Of a stretch of DNA of 64,000 nucleotides, positions 1 through 9,803 are shown piece by piece. Each line of letters begins with the position of its first letter. Position 1 is the first letter of the stretch. The stretch is from positions 6,442 to 70,441 of the forward strand of contig CAVOVA010000020.1 in NCBI GenBank assembly GCA_963699725.1. The letters are read 5' to 3'. This stretch comes from an uncultured Thermoleophilia bacterium. Its GTDB lineage: Bacteria > Actinomycetota > Thermoleophilia > UBA2241. A model generated the notes under the pieces. The model saw only the letters and a list, made by a program, of their open reading frames with translations. It was not told the origin of the DNA and did no database searches. Both the position numbers and the translations under genes were made by a program.

Positions 1-422
1 TCGACCGCCGGGTCGGCCGAGCCGATGGCCTCGGCGCCGAACTGGTAGTGCTCGCGGTAGCGGCCCGCCTGCGGCTTCTCGTAGCGGAACATCGGGCAGT
101 AGTACCAGAGCTTCACCGGCTGCGGCAGCTTGTGCATGCCGTGCTCGACGTACGCGCGGCAGATGGGCGCCGTGCCCTCGGGCCGCAACGTCAGCGAGCG
201 GTCGCCCTTGTCGACGAACGTGTACATCTCCTTGCGCACGATGTCCGTGGCCTCGCCGACCCCACGCTCGAAGAGACCCGTCTCCTCGAACTCGGGGGTG
301 ACGACGCGCCGGTAGCCGTACGCGGCGAAGACACGCGCCGCGACGGCGACCACGGCGTCGCGCTCGGCGGCCTGGTCCGGCAGCAGATCGTAGGTGCCCT
401 TGGGAGCGCGGGGCGAACTCAC
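1..422 (-). CDS. hisS: Histidine--tRNA ligase, N-terminal part; the gene runs off the left edge of the window
   Basis: Manual minus-strand translation from GTG at 422 gives VSSPRAPKGTYDLLPDQAAER... Further in frame it reads GMHKLPQPVKLWYYCPMFRYEKPQAGRYREHYQFGAEAIG, the class II HisRS motif-2 region. GTGA start/stop overlap with the upstream MBL gene. Confidence 0.85.
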   Translation of the reverse strand, partial: MSSPRAPKGTYDLLPDQAAERDAVVAVAARVFAAYGYRRVVTPEFEETGLFERGVGEATDIVRKEMYTFVDKGDRSLTLRPEGTAPICRAYVEHGMHKLPQPVKLWYYCPMFRYEKPQAGRYREHYQFGAEAIGSADPAV

Positions 423-1069
423 CAGCGGTGCTCCGGGTCGTGGCGGAGCGGCGAGAGGAACGGGTTGAGCGCGAGCTCGCGGCCGAGCGACGTGTCGGGG
501 CCGTGGCCGCTGTGCACCGTGGCGTCGGGCGGGAACCGCCGCACGAGCGTGGCCACCGAGTTGAGCAGCTGGTCCATGTCCCCGCCCGGCAGGTCGGTGC
601 GCCCGACGCTACCCTGGAAGAGCAGGTCGCCGACGAACAGGTCGTCGTCGCCGATTGCGAACGTGTACGAGCCGCGCGAGTGGCCCGGCGTCGGGATGGC
701 GAGCACGGGGATCGCCAGGTCGAGCGTCTGCTCGCCCTCGATCGTGCGCGCCGTCTCGACCGGCTCGATGTCGAACCCGGCTGCGACGCCGAGGCCGTTG
801 TCGGCCATCTCGCCGGCGTCCTCGGCGCCCACGTACACCGGGATGTCGAAGTGCCGCGCGATCGGCGCCACGCCGCCGAAATGGTCGAAGTGGCCGTGCG
901 TGACGAGCACCGCGGCAGGCGCGAAGCCGAACTCCGTGAAGGCCTCGATCACGATGTGAGCCTCGTCGCCGGGATCGATGACGAGCCCCTTCTGCCCCTG
1001 GACGACGATGAAGCAGTTGGCCTGGAGCGGGCCGAGCGGCAGGGCGAAGACTTCGGCGGGATCGGGCAT
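419..1069 (-). CDS. MBL-fold metallo-hydrolase (hydroxyacylglutathione-hydrolase-like)
   Basis: 216-aa ORF with a THGHFDHFGG metal-binding motif plus downstream TPGHSRGS and HSGHG histidines typical of the metallo-beta-lactamase fold. Confidence 0.85.
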   Translation of the reverse strand: MPDPAEVFALPLGPLQANCFIVVQGQKGLVIDPGDEAHIVIEAFTEFGFAPAAVLVTHGHFDHFGGVAPIARHFDIPVYVGAEDAGEMADNGLGVAAGFDIEPVETARTIEGEQTLDLAIPVLAIPTPGHSRGSYTFAIGDDDLFVGDLLFQGSVGRTDLPGGDMDQLLNSVATLVRRFPPDATVHSGHGPDTSLGRELALNPFLSPLRHDPEHRW

Positions 1070-1186
1070 GGTACCTCGAGTGGTCGACGTTCGGCCCCAG
1101 AGAGTATCAGACGGCGCCGAGGACGGTCGACCGCGTCGCGTTCGCCGGGCCTCGCGCTCTCGCGGCGAGGCGAGGGCCTCTCCTCG

Positions 1187-3436
1187 CTACCCCCCGACGA
1201 CGCGGTACGCGTCGTAGACCGTGTGGATGCTGCGGATATTGGCGATGATGTTGTCGAGCTGGCGCACGTCGCCGACCTCGAGCGTGAAGCGGTCTCGCAC
1301 CACGCCGTCCGGCAGCGTCTGCATGCTGCCGCCGATGATGTTCACGCCCGAGTCCGCGAGCGTGCGCGCGAGGTCCTCGAGCAGGTGGTTGCGGTCGAGC
1401 GCCTCGACCATGATCTCGACGCGGAAGACCATGCCGCCGAGCCCCTGCCAGCCGACCTTGGTGAAACGCTCGGGGTTCTTCATGAGCGCGCGCGCGTTCT
1501 TGCAGTCGTGGCGGTGGATGGTGATGCCCTTGCCGAGCGAGATGTAGCCCACGATCTCGTCGCCGGGTATGGGCTTGCAGCACTTGGCCATCCGCACCAT
1601 GATGTCGCTCATGCCCTCGACGGCGATGCCGAACTGACCGGAGAGCGCCTGCGGCCCGTCGACCTCCCGCACCGGTTGCGACGGGAGCATCTCCGGCGGT
1701 GGCGTGGCTTCCTTCATGGTGCCGGCGCGCTGCATCACCTTGTTGGCCACGGTCTTCACCGGCAGGCGGCCGGAACCCAGCGCCACGAAGAGGTCGTCGG
1801 GCTTGTTGTAGCCGACGTCCTTGCAGATCTGGGCGAACACCTTGGAGGTCAGGATCTTCTGCGCCGGCAGACCCTCCCGGCGCAGCGCCTCCTGGAGGAG
1901 GTCGCGGCCCGAGTGCTCCGAGTCCTCGCGCTGCTCGCGACGGAAGTGCTGGCGGATCTTCTGGCGCGCCCTCGGCGAGTTGACGATGTCGAGCCAATCA
2001 CGCGACGGCCCGTGGCTCGACTTGCTGGTGATCACCTCGACGATGTCGCCGCTGATCAGCTTCGTGTGCAGCGGCACGATGCGCCCGTTGACCTTGGCGC
2101 CCACGGTGTGGTTGCCGACGTCGGTGTGCACGGCGTAGGCGAAGTCGATCGGCGTGCTGTCCGCGGCCAGGCTCTTGACGTCGCCCTTGGGCGTGAAGAC
2201 GAAGACCTCGTCCTCGAAGAGGTCGATGCGGAGCGTGTCCATGAACTCGCCGGGGTCGCCGGTCTCGGACTGCCACTCCATCATCTGGTGCAGCCACGCC
2301 AGCTTGTCCTGGTCGCGGTCGCCGCGTTCCTTGTAGAGCCAGTGCGCGGCGACGCCGAACTCGGCCGTCTGATGCATGTCGAAGGTGCGGATCTGGATCT
2401 CCAGCGGCTTGCCGCCGGTCCCGATCACCGTCGTGTGCAGCGACTGGTAGAGGTTGAACTTGGGCATCGCGATGTAGTCCTTGAAGCGACCCGGGATCGG
2501 CTTCCAGACCGAGTGGATGATGCCCACCGCGCCGTAGCAGTCCTTGATGGTCTCGACCAGCACGCGCAGCCCGGTGAGGTCGAAGATCTCGTTGAACTCC
2601 TTGCCGCCGCGGCTCATCTTCGCGTAGATGGAGTAGAAGTGCTTGGCGCGGCCGGTGATGTCGGCTTCGATGCCCGCCTTCTCCAGCTCCGCGCGCAAGA
2701 AGCCCGCCGCCTCGTCGACGTAGTCCTCGCGGTCAGCGCGCCGCTGCGCGACCCACATCTGGATCTCCTGGTACTTGCGCGGGTGCAACGAGGCGAAGGC
2801 GAGGTCCTCGAGCTGCCACTTGAGGTTGTGGATACCGAGCCGGTGCGCGAGCGGCGCATAGACCTCGAGCGTCTCCTTGGCCTTCTGGATCTGCTTCTGC
2901 TTGCTCAGGTAGCAGAGCGTGTGCATGTTGTGCAGCCGGTCGCAGAGCTTGATCAGGATGACCCGGATGTCGGTGGCCATCGCGATGATCATCTTGCGGT
3001 AGTTCTCCGCCTGCTCCTCTTCCTGGGAGTTGAAGTGCATCTTGGTCAGCTTGGTGACGCCGTCGACGAGCATGGCGATCTCCTCGCCGAACTGCTCTTC
3101 GATCCAGGAGAGCGGCGCGCCGGTGTCTTCGACGACGTCGTGAAGAAGCGCCGCGGCGATGGTGACCGAGTCGAGCTTGAGCTCGGCGGCGTTGAGGGCC
3201 GTACCTACGGGGTGATGGATGTACGCCTCGCCGCTCTTGCGGCTCTGCTGGCCATGCAGGAAGGCGGCGGCCACGAATGCACGTGTGATCAGGTCCCGGT
3301 CGGGCTCGGGATTGTAGCGCTCGATGGCCGCGAACAGGTCGTCGAGCAACGGCCCGTACTCGCCGGGGACCTGCGTCAGAGCTGCGCTGTCAGGCAGGTC
3401 CGCAGGAAGTCTGGTGTCTGATACCTGTTGTGCCAT
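1187..3436 (-). CDS. relA: Bifunctional (p)ppGpp synthetase/hydrolase, RelA/SpoT family
   Basis: 749 aa. HD hydrolase region (HHPVG...LLHDVVEDT), synthetase region (YRSLHTTV-like QSLHTTVIG) and TGS/ACT C-terminal regions. The start overlaps the recJ 3' end by 61 nt, so the true start may lie downstream. Confidence 0.93.
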   Translation of the reverse strand: MAQQVSDTRLPADLPDSAALTQVPGEYGPLLDDLFAAIERYNPEPDRDLITRAFVAAAFLHGQQSRKSGEAYIHHPVGTALNAAELKLDSVTIAAALLHDVVEDTGAPLSWIEEQFGEEIAMLVDGVTKLTKMHFNSQEEEQAENYRKMIIAMATDIRVILIKLCDRLHNMHTLCYLSKQKQIQKAKETLEVYAPLAHRLGIHNLKWQLEDLAFASLHPRKYQEIQMWVAQRRADREDYVDEAAGFLRAELEKAGIEADITGRAKHFYSIYAKMSRGGKEFNEIFDLTGLRVLVETIKDCYGAVGIIHSVWKPIPGRFKDYIAMPKFNLYQSLHTTVIGTGGKPLEIQIRTFDMHQTAEFGVAAHWLYKERGDRDQDKLAWLHQMMEWQSETGDPGEFMDTLRIDLFEDEVFVFTPKGDVKSLAADSTPIDFAYAVHTDVGNHTVGAKVNGRIVPLHTKLISGDIVEVITSKSSHGPSRDWLDIVNSPRARQKIRQHFRREQREDSEHSGRDLLQEALRREGLPAQKILTSKVFAQICKDVGYNKPDDLFVALGSGRLPVKTVANKVMQRAGTMKEATPPPEMLPSQPVREVDGPQALSGQFGIAVEGMSDIMVRMAKCCKPIPGDEIVGYISLGKGITIHRHDCKNARALMKNPERFTKVGWQGLGGMVFRVEIMVEALDRNHLLEDLARTLADSGVNIIGGSMQTLPDGVVRDRFTLEVGDVRQLDNIIANIRSIHTVYDAYRVVGG

Positions 3437-5943
3437 TCTCTGTGAGCGTCCGTCCGAGTGACGTCGACCTTACTCTGTGGCCGTTCGAGATGATAGCCGC
3501 CGTCCTCGCCGGGGACGAGCAATCCAGCCTCGCGGAGCCCCTGGACGGCGGCTCTCACGGCGGCCACCGGCGCGAGGACGGCTCCTGTACCAAGGAGTTC
3601 CTGCTCGAGGGCACGGTCAAACCGGCCGGAGCCGGCGGCCAGCGCCTTCCAGACGCGTCGCATGGTGGCGTCGAGGTCGAGCTGGCTCTCGCGGACGCGG
3701 CCGGCGAACTCAGCCTCGCCGGGTCCCCAGAGGGCGTGCAGCCAGGCGTCGGACGCGGTGGCGGCGGCGAGGCCTGCCCACAACGCGCCGGTGTACGGGG
3801 GATCGAGCAGGACCACGTGCGCGAAGCCGTGTGCGAAGACGGGATGGTCGAGCACGAGATCCGGCGTGCTCATGACGACGTCGGCATCCTGAGCAGCCTC
3901 GAGGCGCGGTGAGCAGGCAGCCTGCACGTACGCTGCGGAGCATCCGAGGCCGGGCGTCAACACATCGCGCGTGAGCAGCGGCCGGCGCCGGCCGACGTCG
4001 GCGACGAGCACCAACGTCCGCTCGCCGGTGGCGAGCAGGGCCGTGAGTGCCGCGGCCGGCGGACGGCCGCGACGGTCGACGAGGCGACCCTCGGCGCGCG
4101 CCGCCTTGAGAGCCGCGGCGGCGCCGTCGCCCCCGCTCCCCCCATCGGGCGAGCCGGCGTACCCGGCGAGCAGCGCGGCCCACAGTTCCTCGTCCCGCAG
4201 GCGGTCCCGACAGCGCAGGTCGCACGCCGTGGCGCAGAGATCCGGCTCCGTCGGCTGGAGCCGGTGCAGGCTGCGTACCTGCACCTGCGCGCTCACGGCG
4301 CCGTTGTACTCGTTCTTGGAGAGCGCGAGGGCGATGTCGTGGCGCCCCGGCGCGGTGAGCTCGGCGAGGTCACCGAAGCCGAAGTGGATCGCCTGGCACG
4401 AGGCGCCGTCGCAGCGTACGCGGTACTGCGCGTGCCGCTTGTCCCGGGTGAGCCTCGGCGAGACCACCTCCGCATCGTGCAGCAGCAGCGTCACCTGGCG
4501 GTTGCCGAACCCGTGCGGCGCGAGCAGCTCGAGCTCGTCGGCAAGGCCCAGGGTGAGTTCGTCGCCGCTCACGACGGCGTCCACGTGGCGGACGCGCGTG
4601 AGATCGTCGGCGCTGAGCCTGGCCGCGGCCTCGGCCACGAACGCCTCGCGGAACGCGGGGATCGCCGCACGCCGTAGCCGCAGCCCGCAGGCGGCGCGGT
4701 GCCCGCCGAACGTGATGAGATGGTCGGCGGTACGCTCGACCGCGCCGAGCAGATCGAAGGCGGGGATGCTGCGGCCGGAGCCCTTGGCCTCGTCGTCGCC
4801 CTCGCTCAGCAGGATCGCCGGCCGGTGGAAACGCTCGGCGACCCGCGACGCGACGATACCGACGACTCCTTCGTGCCAATCCGGAGACGACAGCACGAGA
4901 GCAGGCGGCGGCGGGTCGGGCACCATCGCCACCGCCGCCTCGGTCATCGCCGCCTCGATCACTTGCCGCTCGCGGTTCAGCTCGTTGAGCTTGAGCGCCA
5001 GCGGCAGGGCCGTGTCGCGATCGGGAGCTCCCAGGAGCTCGAGCGCGATGGAAGCGTCCTCGAGGCGCCCGGCGGCGTTGAGCCGGGGGCCCAGTCGGAA
5101 GCCGACGGCTCCCGCATCCACTTCGCCCGGACGGCCGCCGGCGACCTCCAGCAGGGCAGCCAGCCCCGGCCGCGGCGCGCTGCGCAGCCGGCCGAGGCCG
5201 ATCGCCGTGAGGACGCGGTTCTCCTCGACGAGAGGGACCACGTCCGCGATCGTCCCCACGGCGACGAGGTCCGTGTACGGACGGAGCGCCAGCGGGAGAT
5301 CGACGAGCCGGTCCCCGGAGTCCTCCAACAGCGCGTGGGCGAGCTTGAACGCGACGCCCACGCCCGCGAGATGACGGCAGGGGTACGTGCCCAGCTTCGG
5401 CGTGACGACGACGCAGGCGGGCGGCTCGCCCTCGAGCTCGTGATGGTCGGTGACGATGACGTCCATCCCGAGCGCCTGGGCGCGCGCCACCTCGGCGCGG
5501 GCATTGATGCCGCAGTCCACGGTGATCAGCAGTTTGACGCCCGCCTCACCGAGCTCGTCCACTGCGGCCTCGGAGACGCCGTAGCCCTCGCTGAAGCGGT
5601 TGGGAAGACGCCAGCGCACGTCGGCGCCGAGCTCCTCGAGGACGCTGACCAGCAGGAAGGTCGCGGTGATGCCGTCGGCGTCGTAGTCGCCGTGCACGGC
5701 GATGGGCTCGCTGCGGCGCAGCGCCTGGTCGATGCGCCGCCGCGCCTCTGCCATGCCGCTCATCAGGTACGGGTCGTGAACGCGGAAATCCGGATGCAGG
5801 AAGGCCCGCGCGGCGGCGGGATCGCCGAGCCCGCGGCGCACGAGGACCTGGGCGAGGACCTCGCTCACCTCGAGCTCCCCGGCGAGTCGCCGGACCTCCG
5901 GAAACGGCGCCGGCGAGATACGCCAGGAGCCAGGATCAGTCAC
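3376..5943 (-). CDS. recJ: Single-stranded-DNA-specific exonuclease RecJ with a long C-terminal extension
   Basis: 855 aa. DHH motifs (VHGDYDADGITA, ITVDCGI, VIVTDHH) and DHHA1 (GGHRAACG). About 285 extra C-terminal residues with no motif I recognise. Confidence 0.88.
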   Translation of the reverse strand: MTDPGSWRISPAPFPEVRRLAGELEVSEVLAQVLVRRGLGDPAAARAFLHPDFRVHDPYLMSGMAEARRRIDQALRRSEPIAVHGDYDADGITATFLLVSVLEELGADVRWRLPNRFSEGYGVSEAAVDELGEAGVKLLITVDCGINARAEVARAQALGMDVIVTDHHELEGEPPACVVVTPKLGTYPCRHLAGVGVAFKLAHALLEDSGDRLVDLPLALRPYTDLVAVGTIADVVPLVEENRVLTAIGLGRLRSAPRPGLAALLEVAGGRPGEVDAGAVGFRLGPRLNAAGRLEDASIALELLGAPDRDTALPLALKLNELNRERQVIEAAMTEAAVAMVPDPPPPALVLSSPDWHEGVVGIVASRVAERFHRPAILLSEGDDEAKGSGRSIPAFDLLGAVERTADHLITFGGHRAACGLRLRRAAIPAFREAFVAEAAARLSADDLTRVRHVDAVVSGDELTLGLADELELLAPHGFGNRQVTLLLHDAEVVSPRLTRDKRHAQYRVRCDGASCQAIHFGFGDLAELTAPGRHDIALALSKNEYNGAVSAQVQVRSLHRLQPTEPDLCATACDLRCRDRLRDEELWAALLAGYAGSPDGGSGGDGAAAALKAARAEGRLVDRRGRPPAAALTALLATGERTLVLVADVGRRRPLLTRDVLTPGLGCSAAYVQAACSPRLEAAQDADVVMSTPDLVLDHPVFAHGFAHVVLLDPPYTGALWAGLAAATASDAWLHALWGPGEAEFAGRVRESQLDLDATMRRVWKALAAGSGRFDRALEQELLGTGAVLAPVAAVRAAVQGLREAGLLVPGEDGGYHLERPQSKVDVTRTDAHREWHNRYQTPDFLRTCLTAQL

Positions 5944-6000
5944 GAGTTCATCACGCCGGCAGTGTACCGCTCGAGGACGACGGATGCAGAAGCGGGCGGG

Positions 6001-6663
6001 TCAGATCGACGTGGCAGCCGTCTGAGGATCTTCACCGGCGTCGCCTGCCTCGGCCGCCGCGACGGCCTCGCTCGGCGCCTCCGCGCCGGCCCCACCCGCT
6101 GCATCATCGGCCATCGTCACCGCGGTCGTCTCGCCGGCCTCCCCGGCGTCCTGAGGGCCGGCATCGTCGGTCGTCTCAGACTCCGCCTCGCCGCGGTCCG
6201 GGCCGGCGACGGCGGTGTCCGCCTCGTCCACGATCACGGTGGCGGCGCCGTCATCCACGACGACGGTGGCTTCCTGACCGGTGCCGGCCACCGTCGCGGC
6301 CTCCTCCGCGTCGACCACGGTGGCGACCTCTTCGGCAGAGACAACGGCGGCGTCCTCTTCGGCGGCAGGGACAGGTGCGAGCCGCGCCGCCAGGGACTCA
6401 GCCTCACGAAGGCGCTCGTAGGTCGTCTGGAGCTCCGCCTCGAGCTTGCGCCGCTGGCCGTAGACGGCCGTCCGCGCCAGGTAGGCGGCGATGAGGCCGA
6501 CGACGAACACGAGGGCGGCGATCACCGCCGCGATCCACAGCAGCGAGACCGCGGTGGCCGTGCCGGCGACGTAGTCCACGTCGAAGACGACTCCGTTGTT
6601 CAGCGCGCCGCCGACGAGGATCAGCAGGGCGACGACGGCGAGCAGTATGAGCGCGTTGCGCAC
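6001..6663 (-). CDS. Membrane protein with two N-terminal TM helices, a coiled-coil segment and an acidic Ala/Glu/Asp-rich tail
   Basis: ORF 6001..6705. I prefer GTG at 6663, which is preceded by AGGAGG with a 7-nt spacing. Hydrophobic segments LILLAVVALLILVGG and LLWIAAVIAALVFVVGLIAAYL. LapA/DUF1049-like topology, by inference only. Confidence 0.6.
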   Translation of the reverse strand: MRNALILLAVVALLILVGGALNNGVVFDVDYVAGTATAVSLLWIAAVIAALVFVVGLIAAYLARTAVYGQRRKLEAELQTTYERLREAESLAARLAPVPAAEEDAAVVSAEEVATVVDAEEAATVAGTGQEATVVVDDGAATVIVDEADTAVAGPDRGEAESETTDDAGPQDAGEAGETTAVTMADDAAGGAGAEAPSEAVAAAEAGDAGEDPQTAATSI

Positions 6664-6736
6664 GAGACGGCCTCCTGGAAAGGGTTCCGCGGGCGAGTAT
6701 AGCAACCGGCGCCCGGCACACGCACCGGCGCCGGCG

Positions 6737-7666
6737 TCACAGGCGCTCGATGGTCGCGTCCTTGCGCGCCTGGACCAGCCACCTGTCCAGCTCCGCGGAG
6801 CGGCGGCGCCCGGTGAGCCCCTCCTCGATGTCCGTGCGCACGCGAGCGAACGGAATCACCCGCTCCGGCCGGCGCGAGAAGACCTTCACGACCCAGGTGC
6901 CGCCCGGACCAGCCACGGGCGCGGAGATCTGGCCCGTGCGGAGCCGCTCCACCGTCTTGCCCAGAGCGCCCGGCAAGGAGGCTGGGTCGATCCAACCCAT
7001 CATCCCTTCGGCGGCCTTGATCTCGGGGTCGATCGTGAACTGCCGCGCCACTTCCCTGAAGGGTCGTCCCTGGCTCAGTCGCCTGATCGCATTGCCGGCG
7101 ATACCCTCGTTGCGCACGACGATCGCTCCGAGCCTGACCGCGGCGGCCGTGGTGAAGAGCTCGGCGCGCCGCCGCTCGTAGAAGCGCCGCACGGTCCGCG
7201 GTTCGGCCTTGACGTCTGGGAAGCGGGCGTCCTGGACGGCCTCGCGAAGCACGCCGATCCTCAGGCTCTCACGCAGCTGCGCCTCACTCATCGCCGCCTG
7301 GTCGAGGCCGGCCTGGAGTGCGGCCTCGCCGCCGAGTCGTTCGCCGACGGCCGCCAGGCGGCTCTCGACCTCAGCTTCGTCGGCGGTGAGGCCCAGACGC
7401 TCGGCCTCCGCGCGTACGAGCTCTCGATCGATCGCGTCGTCGAGCGCGGCGCCGTCATCCCTGTCCTGCCCGGTCAGACGTGCCTCGGCGAGCACCTGAT
7501 CGACGTCGCTCTGACGCACCTCGCGTCCGTCGATGCGCGCCACGACGGCATCCGGGCTGCTGCTGACGCTGCTGCTGCTGCCGCCGCCGCACGCGCCGAG
7601 CGCGAGGGCGGCGAACACGGCCACCGCAGCAGCGAGGATCAGAGCTGGGCGGGCGATCGTCGTCAT
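6737..7666 (-). CDS. Parvulin-type peptidyl-prolyl isomerase lipoprotein (PrsA/SurA-like)
   Basis: 309 aa. Lipoprotein signal ...ALALGACGG, a SurA-like N-terminal region, and a C-terminal PpiC-type domain (GMMGWIDPASLPGALGKTVERLRTGQISAPV). Confidence 0.8.
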   Translation of the reverse strand: MTTIARPALILAAAVAVFAALALGACGGGSSSSVSSSPDAVVARIDGREVRQSDVDQVLAEARLTGQDRDDGAALDDAIDRELVRAEAERLGLTADEAEVESRLAAVGERLGGEAALQAGLDQAAMSEAQLRESLRIGVLREAVQDARFPDVKAEPRTVRRFYERRRAELFTTAAAVRLGAIVVRNEGIAGNAIRRLSQGRPFREVARQFTIDPEIKAAEGMMGWIDPASLPGALGKTVERLRTGQISAPVAGPGGTWVVKVFSRRPERVIPFARVRTDIEEGLTGRRRSAELDRWLVQARKDATIERL

Positions 7667-7729
7667 GGCCTCACAGACTACGGCAGGGAACGGCTGAGCG
7701 CAGACCGGCGCCTCGGCAGGTGCCGACGG

Positions 7730-8779
7730 TCAGACGGACGCCGACTCGGTCGCGCCCTCGAAGGGCTCGCTGGCCACCGAGCGCTCGCCGCCGATGAAGC
7801 GCGCCGGGAAGTAGCAGGCCACATCGTGCCGTGCCCCCGCGTCTCCGCCCGTGCTCGACAAGACGGGCATGGCCGTCGTGCAGATCTCCTGGGCCCGCGG
7901 GCATCGGGGGTGAAAGACGCAGCCTTTGGGGGGGTTCGTAGGACTGGGTACATCGCCCTCGAGGATGATGCGCCGCCGGGCGCGTTCAGTGGTGGGGTCG
8001 GGGATCGGGACGGCGGAGAGCAGCGCTTCGCTGTACGGGTGCTGCGGGTAGTCGTACAGCAACGCGCTGTCCGAGATCTCGACGATCTTGCCGAGATACA
8101 TCACGGCGACGCGGTCGGAGGCGTGCTTGACCACCGAGAGATCGTGGGCGATGAAGACGTAGGTGAGATCGAACTCGTCCTGGAGATCCTCGAGAAGGTT
8201 GATCACCTGGGCACGGATGGACACATCGAGCGCACTCACCGGCTCGTCGCAGATGATGAGTTTGGGCTTGAGCGCCAGCGCCCGCGCGATGCCGATGCGT
8301 TGCCGCTGCCCGCCCGAGAACTCGTGCGGATAGCGCTCGGCGTGTTCGGCGCTGAGCCCGACGGTCTCGAGGAGCTCGAAGACGCGCTTCTCTCGCTCAG
8401 CCTCAGTACCGATGTCGTGGATCTTGAGGGACTCGCCGACGATGTTGCGCACGCGCATACGCGGGTTCAGCGAGGCGTACGGGTCCTGAAAGATGATCTG
8501 CATGTCGCGCCGCAGTCGCTGCATCTCGCTCCTCGACGCCGCCATGATGTCCGTGCCCTCGAACGTGATCGTACCGGCCGTCGGCGCGATGAGCCGCAGC
8601 ACGGCGCGCCCCGTCGTGGATTTGCCGCATCCGCTCTCGCCGACGAGACCAAGCGTCTCGCCCTTCTCCACCGAGAAGCCGACATCGTCGACCGCGTACA
8701 CCTGGCCGGTCGTGCGCTTGAGGATCCCCGTCCTGATCGGGAAGTACTTCTTCAGTCCTCTGACCTCGAGCAGGCTCAC
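7730..8779 (-). CDS. Oligopeptide/dipeptide ABC transporter ATP-binding protein (OppF/DppF-like)
   Basis: Walker [10 protein letters not shown], signature [15 protein letters not shown], Walker [13 protein letters not shown], and an oligopeptide C-terminal domain. GTGA overlap with the upstream ATPase. Confidence 0.9.
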   Translation of the reverse strand: MSLLEVRGLKKYFPIRTGILKRTTGQVYAVDDVGFSVEKGETLGLVGESGCGKSTTGRAVLRLIAPTAGTITFEGTDIMAASRSEMQRLRRDMQIIFQDPYASLNPRMRVRNIVGESLKIHDIGTEAEREKRVFELLETVGLSAEHAERYPHEFSGGQRQRIGIARALALKPKLIICDEPVSALDVSIRAQVINLLEDLQDEFDLTYVFIAHDLSVVKHASDRVAVMYLGKIVEISDSALLYDYPQHPYSEALLSAVPIPDPTTERARRRIILEGDVPSPTNPPKGCVFHPRCPRAQEICTTAMPVLSSTGGDAGARHDVACYFPARFIGGERSVASEPFEGATESASV

Positions 8780-9801
8780 CTGACGTACTCCTGGAAGTGG
8801 GGCAGCGCGGCGCGGAACTCACGACGCTGGGCATCGGGGATCCAGCAGTTGACGCCGTGATCCGGCCCCACGATCTCGAGCTCGGGCCACTCGTCTCGAC
8901 ACTCAGTGCGCTCGTAGGCGCAGCGCCCGACGAATGGGCAGCCGCTCGGCAGCGCGATCAGATCCGGCGGCTGTCCCTTGATGGGCGTGAGCCGCGTCTT
9001 CTCGATCTCGTCCAGCCGCGGCAGTGAGCCGAGCAGGCCCCACGTGTAGGGGTGGTGCGGGTTGTAGAAGATCTCGTCGATGCCGGCGTACTCGACCGTG
9101 CGGCCTCCGTACATCACCATCACCTTGTCGGCGATCTCGGCGACCACGCCCAGATCGTGGGTGATCAGGATGACGCCACTCTCGTAGCGCTGCTGCATCT
9201 CCTCGATGACTTCGATGATCTGTGCCTGGATCGTGACGTCCAGCGCCGTGGTGGGCTCGTCGGCGATGAGGATGTCCGGGTTGCAGCTGATGGCCATGGC
9301 GATCATGGCCCGCTGGCGCATGCCCCCAGAGAACTCGAAGGGGTAATGGGAGATGCGCTTGTCGGCGTCGGGGATGCCCACCCGGTTGAGCAGCTCGGCG
9401 GACATCTGCCAGGCCTCGGCCCTGGTCTTTCCCTGATGAAGGATGATCGCCTCGGCGATCTGGTCGCCGACCTTCAAGACGGGGTTCAGGCTCGTCATGG
9501 GGTCCTGGAAGACCATGGCGATGTCGTTGCCCCGCACCTTGCGCATCTCTTCGTCGGCGAGCGTGCGCAGATCGCGGTCCCCGAGCATGAGCGTGCCCTC
9601 GACGACCTTGCCCGGCGGATCGGGGATCAGCCGCATCAGGGAGAGCGCCGCCACCGTCTTGCCGGAGCCCGATTCGCCGACGATGCCCAGCGTCTCCTTG
9701 CGGTCGAGCGTGAAGCTCACGCCGTTCACCGCCTTGACGACGCCGGCGTAGGTGAAGAAGTGGGTCGAGAGGCCGTCGACCGTGAGGAGTCGTTCACCCA
9801 T
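8776..9801 (-). CDS. Oligopeptide/dipeptide ABC transporter ATP-binding protein (OppD/DppD-like)
   Basis: Real start ATG at 9801 ([15 protein letters not shown]...). Walker A GESGSGKT, signature [12 protein letters not shown], Walker [12 protein letters not shown]. The listed 853-aa ORF is an artefactual upstream extension. Confidence 0.9.
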   Translation of the reverse strand: MGERLLTVDGLSTHFFTYAGVVKAVNGVSFTLDRKETLGIVGESGSGKTVAALSLMRLIPDPPGKVVEGTLMLGDRDLRTLADEEMRKVRGNDIAMVFQDPMTSLNPVLKVGDQIAEAIILHQGKTRAEAWQMSAELLNRVGIPDADKRISHYPFEFSGGMRQRAMIAMAISCNPDILIADEPTTALDVTIQAQIIEVIEEMQQRYESGVILITHDLGVVAEIADKVMVMYGGRTVEYAGIDEIFYNPHHPYTWGLLGSLPRLDEIEKTRLTPIKGQPPDLIALPSGCPFVGRCAYERTECRDEWPELEIVGPDHGVNCWIPDAQRREFRAALPHFQEYVR

Positions 9802-9803
9802 GG

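Noticed and set aside
428-3421. 997-aa plus-strand ORF
   Set aside because: It runs antisense to the clearly recognisable relA and MBL genes. Its Arg/Ala/Asp/Glu/Val/His-rich low-complexity composition is typical of spurious antisense frames in high-GC DNA, and it has no motifs.
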